Shown piece by piece: positions 40,760-53,833 of a DNA stretch of 64,000 bases. A model generated the notes under the pieces. That model was not told the origin of the DNA, did not search any database, and saw only the letters and a program-made list of their open reading frames with translations. Source of the DNA: Paecilomyces variotii (Eukaryota); NCBI GenBank assembly GCA_004022145.1, contig RCNU01000002.1; one strand, 5' to 3'. Position numbers and translations under genes: made by a program. Within the stretch, counting starts at the first letter, position 1. Every line of letters begins with the position of its first letter.

Positions 40760-41879
40760 TTGGAACGGAATCCGTTATGAGAGCATGGCCCGATAGAACG
40801 ACAGGGGATCAGCGAATGTATGGCGAGGCGTCGCAACTGATGACGGCCAGCCTGGTGAGATTGTGTGTCTGTCTGGTAGAGGATTCAAACGCAGTCAAGC
40901 AGCACCACGGCAGAACGACCGAAACGAATGGCGGGGATCAATAATAAAGCGATGGACGAGCGAGAGACCGGAAAGACGCAGATATGATAAGAGACAAACG
41001 TTCATCGGGGGGACGCGACAGCTCGGAGGGAAAAGGTTACAACGGGCGGCGATCCTTGGCGGGAGGCTTTCCGCACCAGGAAGGACGCAGGCGGATCATC
41101 GTCCTTGATCGGCTTCACTTCACGTGGCGAATCTTCGAGCACTGCCGCAGTCCGATGTTTTCGTCCAGACTATAATAATTATAATAATTAATTATAATTA
41201 TTCGTCCCAGCCTCTTGCAACGAAAAGGGCAGTCAGCAGATGATGACGACGCTTCTGTCGCCGGAACGGTCGCATTTGATGGCCACGGTTTCTCGAACTC
41301 TATGGATGCCATCGATTATTCTCCCTGTCGCAGAAACATGCAAGGGCCACGTCCAGAGAATGTCAACGATGAAGTGACACTTGAGAACCCTGGCGACGCA
41401 GTACTCCGTACCATACATAATCATTGTTGCAGATCGACTTCAATCCTGGATCGTCATACCATCCGTCCATCCTCCTCCGCATGGGAAATTGCCCTAACTG
41501 CCATTCTGAGTTTCTGGAAACACTATTTGCTATGGTATTGGATTCTACCATAATTAACTAACACTTAGCTTATCTGACTCGACGGAACTACGCATCCAGG
41601 TCTTGATGCCATTGTGAGAGGCGATGCGGGGTGTCCCCCATGACGTGGGCACCCCCCGGTGTATTAAGGCACGGCGTTTCAGGTAATAGACAGTCTAAAG
41701 GAGTATGGGGACTCCTAGATTATTGATCTGAAGCCCTTCCCTGCAGTTCCGGCGATCATATGAGGCCACGAGTCTGTCATGCTGGCCAGTCCCGACTGGG
41801 CCAAGAGAAAATCACTGCTCTATTTATAAATTGACCGACTCTAAGCGACAAAAATAAACATCCATACACAGTAATCGCA

Positions 41880-43532
41880 TTACTTCCCGCTCTCTTCAGC
41901 ACTGGAAGCGGGTTGCTTCTCAGGAGCAGGTGAAACCGGCTCTGCCTTGGCTGGTAAAGACAAAAAACCGGGGGTAGTTTCAAACATAGTCCAGTCGCCA
42001 ATCTGCTCATCAATGAATTGAGCTCGGTCGAGGCCAATCATCTCCTGCTCCTCATTGACGCGGAGGTTCATGCCGGGAATGTACTTCAGGATGTACAGAA
42101 GGATACAGGTAACGACAAAAGAATATGCCGAGATAGCAGTGACCTCGGCGAGCTGCTTTCCCACCTGCACGCCGTTGCCATTAATGCCGCCGGTTTCCAT
42201 CGTGCTCCCATCCAGAGCGGACATAGACTCGGAAGCGAAGATACCCGTGAGAAAAGCTCCAACCATACCACCGATGCCATGGAGCTTGAAGACTTCCATG
42301 CCCTCATCAATGTGTAGCCAGTCATTGACATTCTGCAGGGATGAGCAGACGATAGCAGTGATGAAACCGATGCAGGCTGCCAGCCACAGGGAGACGAACC
42401 CAGCAGCCGGTGTGATTCCAACAAGGCCGGCAATGGCACCCTCGCACGCGCCTACTACCGAGAATTTGCCTTTGTGCTTGATGAAGTCCACCAGCACCCA
42501 TCCCAAGACACCGGTACATGCCGCAGTGTTGGTGTTGAATACAGCCAACATGGCTCGCATGGACGCGTTCAACGCAGAACCACCCTGACTCCCTGTTAGA
42601 ACGGCACCACAAAAAGAAGGACTCGGATACATACGTTGAACCCAAACCAGCCGAACCAGATAAATGCGGTTCCAATGAAGACCAAAGTGGTATTGTGAGG
42701 CTTGCCATGAGAGGCTTCCCCATGGTGCAGACGCTTTCCAAGGACCCAGGCATAGGCGAGAGCAGACCACCCAGAAGCGATGTGGACGGGGCCGCCTCCG
42801 GCAAAATCAAGAGCTGGCAGATTATATAGCCATCCGTTGCTATTCCATGTCCAGCAGGCGATAGGGCAATAGACGATGGTGGCCCAGAAGAAGCTGAAAA
42901 CCAGAGAAGGGAGGATATTTCCTCTCTCAAACGCTCCACCAACCACGATTATAACCTGGAGAGATCAGTCTATGATCTTTGGGGGTAAGCTAGGGGTCGG
43001 CTCACCGTGCAGGCACAGAAGAGAAGCTGGTACAGACAGAAGACAATCTCCGGCAGTACAGCAGATCCCGGGGATGGTGCTACAAGGACGTTCATCAAAC
43101 CGAAGTTCTTGAGATCCCCAATGAACGGACCAGCCGTCCGGGAATACGCCAAGGAATAACCCCAAAACATCCACTGAAAAGTCGTGCTACCAACACCTCA
43201 GTTCATGGTTCTTGTTCGGTAACCGGTCTGACGACTTACACTGCAAGGAGCATTATTGACTGGAACAACAATGCCAGGGCCGATTTCCGCCGGGCCAGAC
43301 CGCTGTAGAGCAGTCCAATCCCGGGGATAATCAGCCAAACAACGAAGCCGCATAATATGATGTATACATAATTCCACTCAAATCCTTCATATTGAGCGTT
43401 GACGTTCACCTTCAGCGGATTACCCCCGCTGGGCTCAGACGCATTGTACACGGGCTATTCCAGTCAGACAACAATCATTAGTTAAAATCCTTGAACCAGA
43501 GAAGTGACAATTGCACATACAGCGTCCGCCAT
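41880..43532 (-). CDS. Amt/Mep ammonium transporter, multi-exon
   Basis: Micro-exon MADA (43532) then PVYNASEP..., PGIGLLYSGL, FWGYSLA, DFAGGGPVHIASG, WFGWFGFN^GGS, AGLVGITPAAG, LHGIGG. Both pore histidines are present. The paralog (MepA/B/C, MeaA) was not resolved. Confidence 0.95.
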
Positions 43533-43670
43533 TGGTTTTACTGCCAACAAGCACCAACCTCCACTATTGCCGAGCACTGCTGACTTGAACAGGCAAAGGA
43601 TGGCTACGTCTGCGAGCTAAAGTCCTCATTCAGTTTTTGACGGACACGCAATGGCCCGCGGGACCGCACC

Positions 43671-44139
43671 CTATATATTATTCTTGCTATCCGTTATCCT
43701 CTATCAGCCCCATAGTGGCGGATCGTACATCAGCCTTCATTAAGACACCATCCAGAGCGGGCGTCCGCTCCACTCGCCGCTTGCTCCTTCCGGCTGGCAA
43801 ACGCGAAGAGCCCTTATCTCTCTGACGCCTGGCTCACACTCGTTTCCCATACGCTGAACCAAGGCCAAGGATCTTAGCAGAGAAGTGGGAGCGGACATTT
43901 ACGGAGGGGAGAAATCAAATAAATAATTCATGTGACTCCGCTGGCGCATTTCCTTTATCAATATCATATCACAACAAGCTGCGCCGCAGTCGTCACGACG
44001 AGGCCTAATGCTGGAAGTTCCTGCGCGTCCGGATTAAGCAACCATATCTGGTTTAGACTCATCTCGCCTACTGACACTTTATCAGAAGGACGATCGGGAT
44101 GTATTGGCTTAATAAGGGGCCTTGATTGGCGGTAGATAA
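43671..44139. promoter_or_regulatory. TATA-like box and HGATAR cluster upstream of the ammonium transporter (AreA-type sites)
   Basis: TATATA near 43672; HGATAR matches at 43701-43706, 43814-43819, 43955-43960, 44079-44084 and 44134-44139, plus GATA cores near 43688 and 43695. Confidence 0.6.
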
Positions 44140-44962
44140 CAAACTCTTGGCATCATTTCGTATGTCAGTCAACTTACACATCTAACTTACCTAACTGACC
44201 AGCGGGATAGTTAACAATAATATTAGAATTACACCCCAGTACATGTATGCATACATACATACTAAACTTCACTTCTTTCACTTGTAAGCGTGATTGACAG
44301 AATCTACGGGTTAGATCCTTTCCGTCTCTGATCTCGGTCGGGAAGTGTTTCATCTGAATAATGGTAACTAGTATGCACATGGAGACCTCCTGGACTTCCT
44401 TGCTTTATCGGCAAGCAACTACAAGAACAGCACGAAGGCACAGAGAAATTTCCGCATCAAAGCCTTGATGTTGAAACAGTACCTGCAGAAAGGGCGTCGG
44501 TTGAATCTGCCGCTAATCCACCTCGAAGAGCAGATATCCTCAAACCCACCATAATGTAAATGCCGATGTGAGGTCGATTCTACGAGATTACTTTTTGAAA
44601 GTCTGTGCAAATGCTTTTTGCAGAGGTCGACAGTGTATTCAAAGACCGGTCTTTCGTATCCTACCATAATAATCATACCGGAGATGCAACGTGATAAACG
44701 CTGTAATATGATGAAAGGAGATTCGCATTGTCTCCTTGTCTCAAGGTATATATTTAGTCTTGGAAAACTGGAATAAACCATAAACATAAAAACAAGACGA
44801 ATCCGCCTTGTCTCCACGTATAACAATGGGTATTCGCCGATGAAAAGAATATCGATAGGGTTCATGGTGTGTCACGTATATATGTATATGGATATGGATG
44901 ATTCAACTGTACAGGGATCGTATCGTAGACAATAACACACGTAGGTGTCAGGAAGCTCGAAT

Positions 44963-47788
44963 CTAAAGTTTCGATACAGTCTCAATAGCCTTTCTACGGA
45001 CTTTCGGCGATGAGACGCCCACGTCAGCAGTCGCGTCAATCGGCTGGGGCACAGAGGCGGTTTGGTATAGTCGACTACCGACGGTTTCAGACATGTTGAG
45101 GACGCGTGATGACACGGTAGCGCCATCTCGACGATTTTTGCTTTTGGGTCGTGTCAGCAATTGCTTTTCTGTCTCAAAGGGCCATGGAAAGTTGGAAGAG
45201 AACCGGACGCAGTTTATAAATAAAACTTACCCTTCTCTCCTCGATTGCGCAATAAGCTCCGTGAAGTCCCAAAGACGCCCACGGGCAAGCAGCTTGCCGG
45301 TGTTTGGATCTCGCTCAGGCGTCCACTCGGGTGCCAATTTCATAGTGACCTGTGAGCGGAGCTCCTTGTTCTTAGCAACTAGAATAATTCCCTCTTCTTC
45401 GAACCGTTGATAGGAATTCTTCAGGGTCTCCTTGTTGACTGCTTCGAAATAGGAGAGGTCGCCTTGATGGTACAGAGTCTTGCCTAACTGCAAATGAACG
45501 CGCATCAGACACAGGCACCTTGAAATGATCGCTACTGGATGGGGATTACCAATTGAGCGCTGTCTTGCACTTTCTTCATATCAAGCCACACGTCCGTCGG
45601 CTTGTCCAAAGGTGGAGTAAGACCCATCAATGACACTGCGCCTAGCCATGCCGCTTCGATGAAGGGCCAAATCAAGAAGCAATAGAAATCGTAATTTTCT
45701 CTTCCGCATTGACGTTCTGCGTCGCTGAGTTCGATGAAAGTTGGCGCGCCGGAAGCGTCCCGTGTGACCTTGATCACATCGTCCTTTTCTAGACCGCGAA
45801 GCGTATTCTCCAAGTTCGTCGTCAGACCATCGGGAGGGAAGATGAACTCGCCGCGGAAAAGCTGGGGATTGTCAATTCAATGAACTGGTAACGTAAGAAA
45901 TGGGAACGTACCTGAGACAGGAAAGAAGCCTGTTTTCGCAGAGCATCGTATGTGATGCGCTGGTTCAGCGGACCTCCGCCCTGCTTAACCCTTGTATACA
46001 TTGCTGCCGACACCAAGGCTTCCGTGATAAAGAGGTGGATCGTCATATTGCGGTAGAAAGAGAGCTGGAATCGATCCACGGCATAATACGTTGGCTCGGC
46101 AAGCCCGCTCACCTGGCCAACTAGCTTCGGTCCCATGACTTCGAGTGCGCGATCGACGACTTGCTCTGTAGGTGCTCTGTAAAAATGCGCTACTCTTCCA
46201 CCTTTTGCTCGAACTCGTTCGCTAAGCCATTCCAGTCGCCGGATAAGCTCAGCTTTTCCGACACCACGACCGCGAAGAGTTAGGAGAACAGTTCCAACAA
46301 GAGCAGTCGGCATGATGACGGAGACATCGTTGATCTCAGAGAGAACTCTGTAACCTAGTGTCCGGAGTATCCTGCCTCTTTCGTCGGGAGTCAAGCGTGC
46401 ACTGAGGTTCTCTGAAGGGGAGAGAGATAGTCGTGTGATCTGTTGCCCGAGGAACTCTTTCAAGCTCCACGGTTCGTGGAATCGGACATCCACGCGACCA
46501 AGCTTAAGAGAAAGAACAGACGACGAAGAAATCAAATCGGCAAGACTCTCTTTTCGCTTTGGTTGACCAAGTAGCTCGCTGATATAAGACCTGAGACATA
46601 ATTAGTGATACTGGCAGAGAGATAGATAAAGATGATGGTGGCATACTCGGTCTCGACAACCTTGTCGTACTGCGTACTGACGGGACATATAATGGTATCT
46701 GCAACTCGCCCGGACAGAACGCTGTCAACAATGAAGCTGAGAATTCCAAACTTCGGAGGCAGGAGCTTCCCAGTCCTCGATCTTCCTCCTTCAATGAAAC
46801 ATTCAAAATTAAACCCCTGCTGCAGGAGAACGTCTATATATGTCTGTACAACTGTATGATACAGCGGATCATTTCCAAAACTTCGTCGAATCCACATTGC
46901 ACCTAGGCCCTGTCAATAAACCATGTGAAAGAGTGGATATAGGATATCTCATACCTGCATGCTGCAGGAAAGGTCCTAGTAAAGGAATATTGAGATTATC
47001 TCCCGCAACGACCACGGGAAGGCCGATACCAAGACGATAGGAGATAAGTTGTAGTGAGACGTAGTCCACATGGGACTTGTGGCAGGGAAGGAATACAATA
47101 GACTGCTTTTTCTTGGCGGCCTCCGCAGCGACACTTCTGAGCCTGAGGACTTCCTCACTAGAGACATGAATCCCTACGCATGAGAGTTACTAATCTAGCG
47201 CCTGAGTCGGCTCGTCTCAGAGGCTAGCTTACCTTGGTGATATGCGCGAGTAAGCAACTGCGTGCAGAGATAGTACGCCGATCTAATAAACCTCTTGCTC
47301 TCCATCTTGCAAATCATATTGTCCAGCATCGTGTCGACCACTTCATTCAGATTGCCTTCGATCTCATTCTTTCTTTTCAGTTTAGCCTTTTCAAAGGTTT
47401 CTATCTTGGCGTTGAGAAGACCTTCTCGAGCTTCCACTTCCAAACGCGCCTCAGCCAGCTCCTTTATTTTGTTCCGTAGCAGCGGGTTCGCCAGAATGAG
47501 GCTCTTCATCCTGTCGGTAAACCCGGAATAGAAAATAGGTTGACCGATCACATCGTCGTAGGCGCGCCATCCCGAACCCGACACGAACAGACTCACTTCG
47601 CGCAAAAAGTCGAAGGGGTTCTCGCGGAATCGTCCCATCCGGTGGACAAGGTTGCGCTCCGTGATGCCATGATCCTGAGGTTCTGGGCCACCCGTGAAGC
47701 CGGAGGGGTGGAGAATCACTTGGTCTCCGACGATCTCTAGATCTGGGGCTGAATGAGCAGCATCGGCTGCCGCCTTGGTGGATGGCAT
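44963..47788 (-). CDS. GPAT/DHAPAT (PlsB/GNPAT-family) acyltransferase with C-terminal PTS1 (SKL), multi-exon
   Basis: Motif I LPCHKSHVDY, AGDNLNIP, motif III FIEGGRSRTGK, ICPVSTQYDKV, FQLSFYRN. The final exon ends RKAIETVSKL*. Confidence 0.9.
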
Positions 47789-48311
47789 TTCGATGCAGCA
47801 GTGCTCTCTAGCAATGCGGAGTTCGGAGACGAGGGGGTAAATGTATGTACAGTACAATGATGGTCAACTTATGCCATTGACGCTAGAAATGCGCAGAGAC
47901 CAAAAGCATCGCGGGAACGTACTCCTCACAGGACGTCTTCGAAAGGAGTTCAAGACAGGAAAGAAAAGACCGACAATTAATAATTGCCAACAGACGTCGA
48001 TCATCTTCAGAGTCCCCGGATTCTTCCCCAGACGCCTCGGATGGCCATCACGTGTCGGCAGTTGTGACGGAGCGCTAGTCCAGATGGGGAATGCGCAAGA
48101 AGGATGAGCTCAACGCAGCAGACATCATCACGGTGGATACGGAGAACAACTAGATCTCTTCTCGAGTCCCCAATTGCACAAAATGATGGTGCCTGTGTGC
48201 TTGTCCATCATCTTCGCTGGGGGTCCTTTCACTCGTCTGCACTCACAACGGACAAGTCCTTAGGTGGACGTTTCACCATTCCCTGTCAGTTACTGATACC
48301 GAGAAAAAAAA

Positions 48312-49470
48312 ATGATGTTTCAGTGGCTGAGAGGCTTCTCTGGTAAGACATCAAATTTGTCTCAAGACTTCGTTTCCAGGATTTCTAACTGAATTGGCAG
48401 CGGTCGCTTCTTTCCCTGCAAGGATGACAGCCGGGTCGCAGATTCGCCAAATGCATTCCTTCCAGGTATTCCGTGATGTCCCTCCTCTCCGCCAATTCCG
48501 ACGACAGAAATTGCTCGAGAACAGGACCGTTGGCCTCGTTCCCACCATGGGCGCTCTTCACGACGGACATATCTCTCTGATTCGTCAAGCAGCGCAAGAC
48601 AACACCGATGTGGTTGTCAGCATATACGTGAACCCAACGCAATTTGGTGTCAACGAGGACCTGTCGAGCTATCCGCGAACGTGGGATTCGGATGTACAGA
48701 AACTGGAGGAGCTGAACAAGGAGCTTGCTGCCGCTGGGGGCGCAGCGTCAGGCCGTATCACGGCGGTCCTGGCTCCAACGTCCAAGGTCATGTACCCCAC
48801 CTTGCCGCCTAGCTCAGAACCGGACGGCCATGGCTCCTTTGTTACGATCACCCCTTTGGCGACGAAGCTCGAAGGAGCATCCCGCCCGGTCTTCTTCAGA
48901 GGCGTCGCTACAGTTTGTACTAAACTCTTCAACATTGTCACCCCCGACCGCGTGTACTTCGGACAAAAAGACATTCAACAATGCGTCATCATCAAGCGCA
49001 TGGTGAAGGACTTCCATATTGGCACAGAAGTCAAGATCCAACCGACAGTACGCGAGTCGGATGGCTTGGCCATGAGTTCCAGAAACGTCTACTTGGGAGC
49101 GCGCAGACGTGCTGTTGGGCTGGTCCTTTACAGAGCATTGAAAGCCGCCGAAGAGGCGTTCAAATCCGGCAAGGTCACTCGCAGTGAGATACTGGGTGCT
49201 GCCAACCGTGTGACGCAAGACGTATTAGCTGAGCAGCAGGCTCTGCCGCCGTCTGAACGGGCATTGTATGAAGTTGACTATATATCTCTAGCGGACCCCG
49301 AGTCTCTAGACGAGCTCGATGTGGTTGATCCGTCTGACGGTGCCATCCTGAGTGGCGCCGTCAAAATGCTTCCCATCGAGGCCCCGAAGTCCGGAGAGGA
49401 CTGCGGATTGGGTTCGGGTGCTGTTCCCGTGAGGCTGATTGATAACCTCATCTTGAGCCTTTCGACTTGA
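48312..49470 (+). CDS. PAN6: Pantoate-beta-alanine ligase (pantothenate synthetase); exon 1 48312-48342, intron 48343-48400
   Basis: VPTMGALHDGH (HIGH), SIYVNPTQF, RPVFFRGVATV, FGQKDIQQ, DGLAMSSRN, RLIDN. Confidence 0.96.
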
Positions 49471-49684
49471 TTTTGATGTGTACTTCCAGATACCCACCGC
49501 GCATCTCTATTTTGCATTATCCTCATGATTCGAGGCGGTATACACTCAAAAAGGGATTTTCTGTACCAATAGATCGTGCGTCATTGACTAGGTGTCACAG
49601 CGCAAATAAAAGCGGTTAACAACGTTATCACAACATGGTAGATTCGAGAAATAATAGAGAGACATAGTACTGCCCAGATTGGAA

Positions 49685-49750
49685 ACTAGTAAATTTTAGG
49701 GCAGAAGCTTAGGGTTCGGAGATAATCGCGGCCCGTGAAATTTTCCATCT
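49685..49750. promoter_or_regulatory. RRPE-like motifs upstream of DBP7
   Basis: AAATTTT near 49691 and TGAAATTTT near 49736, in front of a ribosome-biogenesis gene. Confidence 0.35.
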
Positions 49751-49828
49751 GCGACCAAAGCAATCCCCACTCCATGACGAGAGAGCAAGAAACATCCCAT
49801 CTGTTCTCCCCCATAAAAGTCCGAAATC

Positions 49829-52273
49829 ATGGCGGACGATGGTATGCTTCTGAACTTCTCCATCGGAGAAGATATCATCAAGCCAGAACCCAAATTCAAG
49901 GGCGGAACATGGAGGGATCGATTATCCGCGAAGAAGATTGCGCTACAGCGGTCGAAATTTCCGAAAGGCGAAAACAATAAAAGACCAGGACAGAGCGATA
50001 ACGCGAATCGGATTCCACTGCCTCTTTCGCGACCCGTCAAGAGACAGCGGACAGATGGTGATTTCAAACCTGCATCTAGCAGCGCTGCCGTTGCTGCTGG
50101 TGATGGCGGTCGTAAATCGCAGTCTCATCGGCAGCAGCAGTCTGGACCTCGACAGGTGATCTCTTCACTTTTCTCGTTCAATCCGACCCCGAAGACGGAA
50201 GATGAGAAACCAGCGACGGAGGATACAGCGGCGGAGCCGACGAAACCGACTAATGCGCCGCTGATTGATGGTCTCGATACATTCACAAATCTCGGATTGT
50301 CGCCTACGCTGGCGGCACATCTCCTGACGAAACTGGAGCTGAAGGCTCCCACCGCTATCCAAAAGAGCTCAATGACACATCTACTGAAGGAGGAATGCGA
50401 TGCGTTCATCCAGGCTCAGACCGGCTCCGGTAAGACGCTGGCGTACTTGTTGCCGCTGGTCCAGAGAGTTATGGCACTTTCCGATCCGAAGAACGACAAT
50501 GGGTCTAAACCGAAGAATGGGGATGCTGCTGTGCATCGTGATTCGGGACTATTCGCTATCATTCTAGCGCCGACGAGAGAGCTGTGCAAACAGATCTCAG
50601 TGGTGTTAGAGGGTCTACTTCGTTGCGCGCACTGGATCGTCGCGGGCACAGTCATCGGTGGTGAGAAGAAGAAGTCAGAGAAAGCAAGGTTGCGGAAGGG
50701 TTTGAATATCCTGGTAGCTACGCCCGGTCGGTTGGCGGATCATCTGGAGAATACACAAGTGCTCGATGTGAGCAACGTCAGGTGGCTCGTGCTGGACGAG
50801 GGTGACCGACTGATGGATCTGGGATTCGAGCAGGAGATTCAGGGAATTGTAAAGAAGCTCGATGAGAGACAGAGACCTAGTCGAATCCCAGGACTACCTG
50901 CAAAGAGAACCACTATCCTGTGTTCCGCTACTCTGAAGATGAACGTCCAAAGGCTGGGTGAAATCAGTTTGAAGGACGCCGTGCATATCCAAGCAGACCC
51001 AGCGGATGAAGATGATGAGACCAGAAAATCCAAGGAAGATTCCGAGTTCATGGTTCCGGCACAGCTGAAACAGTCCTACGTTGTCGCTGCTGCTAAGCTA
51101 CGGCTGGTTACTCTCACGGCTCTCATGAAGCGCACGTTTGCACGCAAAGGTTCGGTGATGAAAGCCATCATCTTCGTGTCTTGTGCAGACTCTGTGGAGT
51201 TCCATTTCGAAGTATTTACGAGAAAGGAGAAGGAAGAAATCAAGGAAGGGAATGACCATGAGGCGGACGAAGAGAAGGATAAAGAGGATGAGCACAGCGA
51301 CAGTGACGATGACGATGACGAGGAGGAGGAAGAAGGAGAAGGTAAAACGGACAAAAAGGGAAACAAAAAAGAATCCAAGCAGAAGTCAGACCCAAAATCT
51401 TCGCCTCATGGCACGATAGCCCCAGCAACCGCCTTCTCGAATCCTTCCAACCCCGTCACAATCTACAAACTCCACGGCTCTTTGCCTCAACATGTCCGGA
51501 CGTCTACTCTCTCAGCCTTTTCCCGCAACCGTGAACCTTCTGTTATGATTTGTACAGATGTGGCATCTCGTGGTCTGGATCTGCCTAATGTCGACTTAGT
51601 CGTCGAGTATGATCCAGCCTTCAGTGCAGACGACCATCTGCACCGTATCGGACGTACCGCACGTCTGGGTCGCGACGGTCGTGCTATGATCTTCCTTCTT
51701 CCGGGGAACGAAGAGAATTATGTTGAGGTCATCAAACGAGGCTATCGCGATGGGGGAAAGGCGTCGGTGAGTCGCACAGATGCCAATGAGGTGCTCAAGC
51801 GCGGTTTTGGCGGCAATTCGAACATTGCCAGTAAGGACTGGGAGGAGAAAGCGACGGAGTGGCAGCTCGAGGTTGAACGCTGGGCGCTGGAGAATACCAA
51901 GTATCTCGAGATGGCACGCCGGGCTTACCAGTCACACATCCGCGCATATGCCACACATGTTGCCAGTGAGCGACACATGTTCAATATCAAGGAGCTGCAC
52001 CTCGGCCATCTCGCGAAGAGTTTCGCGCTCCGTGATCGTCCGGGAAAGATCAACGTCCCTGGTCTGAGACCAGGAAAGGAGGAAACCAAGAAGGGATACA
52101 AAGCAGAGAGGAAAACAGGAGCAGTGGCCGGGCAGAAGAGGAAGAATACTTCTGCCAACCGCGTCGATGATGATGATACTCCTGGCGCAGCTGATGCAGC
52201 CGAAGCGGCCCGCAAGATGAGGGCTAAGATGAGGGAGCACATGGGAGGCGCCAGTGAGTTCAATCTTGCATAG
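49829..52273 (+). CDS. DBP7: ATP-dependent DEAD-box RNA helicase Dbp7 (60S biogenesis), 814 aa, intronless
   Basis: MADDGMLLNF N-terminus, AQTGSGKT, PTREL, KKKSEKARLRKG, the Dbp7-typical DEGD box, SAT, HRIGRTAR and HLGHLAKSFALR. Confidence 0.96.
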   Translation: MADDGMLLNFSIGEDIIKPEPKFKGGTWRDRLSAKKIALQRSKFPKGENNKRPGQSDNANRIPLPLSRPVKRQRTDGDFKPASSSAAVAAGDGGRKSQSHRQQQSGPRQVISSLFSFNPTPKTEDEKPATEDTAAEPTKPTNAPLIDGLDTFTNLGLSPTLAAHLLTKLELKAPTAIQKSSMTHLLKEECDAFIQAQTGSGKTLAYLLPLVQRVMALSDPKNDNGSKPKNGDAAVHRDSGLFAIILAPTRELCKQISVVLEGLLRCAHWIVAGTVIGGEKKKSEKARLRKGLNILVATPGRLADHLENTQVLDVSNVRWLVLDEGDRLMDLGFEQEIQGIVKKLDERQRPSRIPGLPAKRTTILCSATLKMNVQRLGEISLKDAVHIQADPADEDDETRKSKEDSEFMVPAQLKQSYVVAAAKLRLVTLTALMKRTFARKGSVMKAIIFVSCADSVEFHFEVFTRKEKEEIKEGNDHEADEEKDKEDEHSDSDDDDDEEEEEGEGKTDKKGNKKESKQKSDPKSSPHGTIAPATAFSNPSNPVTIYKLHGSLPQHVRTSTLSAFSRNREPSVMICTDVASRGLDLPNVDLVVEYDPAFSADDHLHRIGRTARLGRDGRAMIFLLPGNEENYVEVIKRGYRDGGKASVSRTDANEVLKRGFGGNSNIASKDWEEKATEWQLEVERWALENTKYLEMARRAYQSHIRAYATHVASERHMFNIKELHLGHLAKSFALRDRPGKINVPGLRPGKEETKKGYKAERKTGAVAGQKRKNTSANRVDDDDTPGAADAAEAARKMRAKMREHMGGASEFNLA

Positions 52274-52360
52274 TTTTCTTCTCCTTTGTTCTCTTTCCTT
52301 TATTCTCTTAGATCATGTCAGTAAATGTGTTATTTTGGTACGTCATGAGACGATCATTTC

Positions 52361-53833
52361 TCAATAGATATCCCATAATGAGATTTTTCCATCCTTTGAA
52401 CCTGCTGCCAGCCAGTGTGTCAGCTGTGCTTTTTGTAATCTCTGCGTCCGAATCGCCGACAACGAGCGGTTGCCTTGTTCTTGAATAACGTCGTAGTGGC
52501 CTGAAGTGGGCTCTCCAGCCGCGTTGTCTATAGCCTCTGCTTGCGAGCTGAAGCTCGACGCATCAGAATAGATATTTGCCCATGCAACCACGAAACAGCC
52601 TTCTTTATGCCACTTCAGACACGCCATCTCCTTCATACTCTTGCAAGTATATACCCGCACTCGTGCATCCCAGCCTGCTGTCGCGAATAGTTTCCCATCG
52701 GACCGGATCTTCAGGCCCTGTTTGCCAGCGTGGCGATCATTTACCACCTTGATAGGGGCCATATCGTTCCCGGTCAGATGCGTTGGTACTGCTGTCGGGA
52801 TCGGATGCTTTACGACGAAGGGATCCGCACCGGAGGTGACAAAGAAGTCTCTGGCGGGGGACACGTCGAGGGAGAGGATAGGCTGTGAGTGTGCGCGGCT
52901 TGCGTAAATCTTCTGCCATTTCCATGGAGTGGAGGGGACATGACCATCGTAGCCACCGGGCTCTGCAGGATCTCGACGGACATGGACCATCGCTTGGCCA
53001 TCTTCGTAGGCGGATATCACATAGAGATCTTGATTTAGCGCAAAGTAAAGATTGACCGCCATGACCATTCCGGTTTCCTTTGTGTTGTCCCCAGTAATCG
53101 TGGAGACACGGTGCTCCGACGGGAGGTGGAAGACGTCAATGTTCCCGGAGTTAAGGGCATTGGGAACCGCGATCAACAATGGTCCTTGGGGGGTACGTTG
53201 TGGGGGAATCTCCTTGCTGTTCTCCTGGTAACTGGCCGTCTCGGCTGAACTGGAGATTATTGCCTGTTTGTCCTTGGGGTATTTTGGCAACGGGCAGAGG
53301 GCAAAAGCGCAGAAGTTCAGCGCGTTGACAGCCAACGAATGAAGAAGCCATGGCTTTGGCCCAGTTCCCGGTTGGGATCCTTGCTTGAGATCTACGGGAA
53401 GAGCCTTGTCAAGTAGCTTCTCATCTTCGGCAGTCGTCTTCCATACACGCAGTTTGTGATCGCGGCCATGTCTTGGAGGTTGATGTCAGTATATGTTAAA
53501 GGAAGAAGAGGGAACTGAGGAGAGGGAATCTGATCTACGAGATTTGTACGAATGGGGCACAATCACATACGTGAATATCTCCATCTCTCCGCTTTCTTCA
53601 TAGTAGAATCCCTTGGCTTCTAGGATCGCGCCCTCATGCGCTTTCCAAACTCCAATGGGTCTTTTGGTCACCAAACTCCAAATGATCACCCAACCATCTG
53701 CGTCCCCGGAGAGTAGGTGCGCATTATGAGCGAAGAAGTTCAGCGCGTGGATTGGCGCCGCATGTCCACGGAGCACATAGGCCGGGGAGGCTGGAGGTAA
53801 CAGTCCTTTTTGCTGAGATGGATGGGAGGACAT
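52361..53833 (-). CDS. ASA1: ASTRA-associated WD40 protein 1; intron 53472-53570
   Basis: PAYVLRGH...LLSGDADGW...WKAHEG...FT^HGRDHKLRVW, VNALNFCAF, TGMVMAV, IRSDGKLFATAGWD, WLAAGSKDGKISLWDIY. Confidence 0.9.

Noticed and set aside
43564..43629. 21-codon uORF upstream of the ammonium transporter
   Set aside because: Only ~40 nt from the TATA-like box and may lie upstream of the TSS; no evidence it is transcribed.
44963..53833. Functional cluster of acyltransferase and PAN6 (CoA-related) or a secondary-metabolite cluster
   Set aside because: Neighbours are unrelated housekeeping genes (DBP7, ASA1, Amt) with no PKS/NRPS/terpene synthase; ordinary synteny is sufficient.
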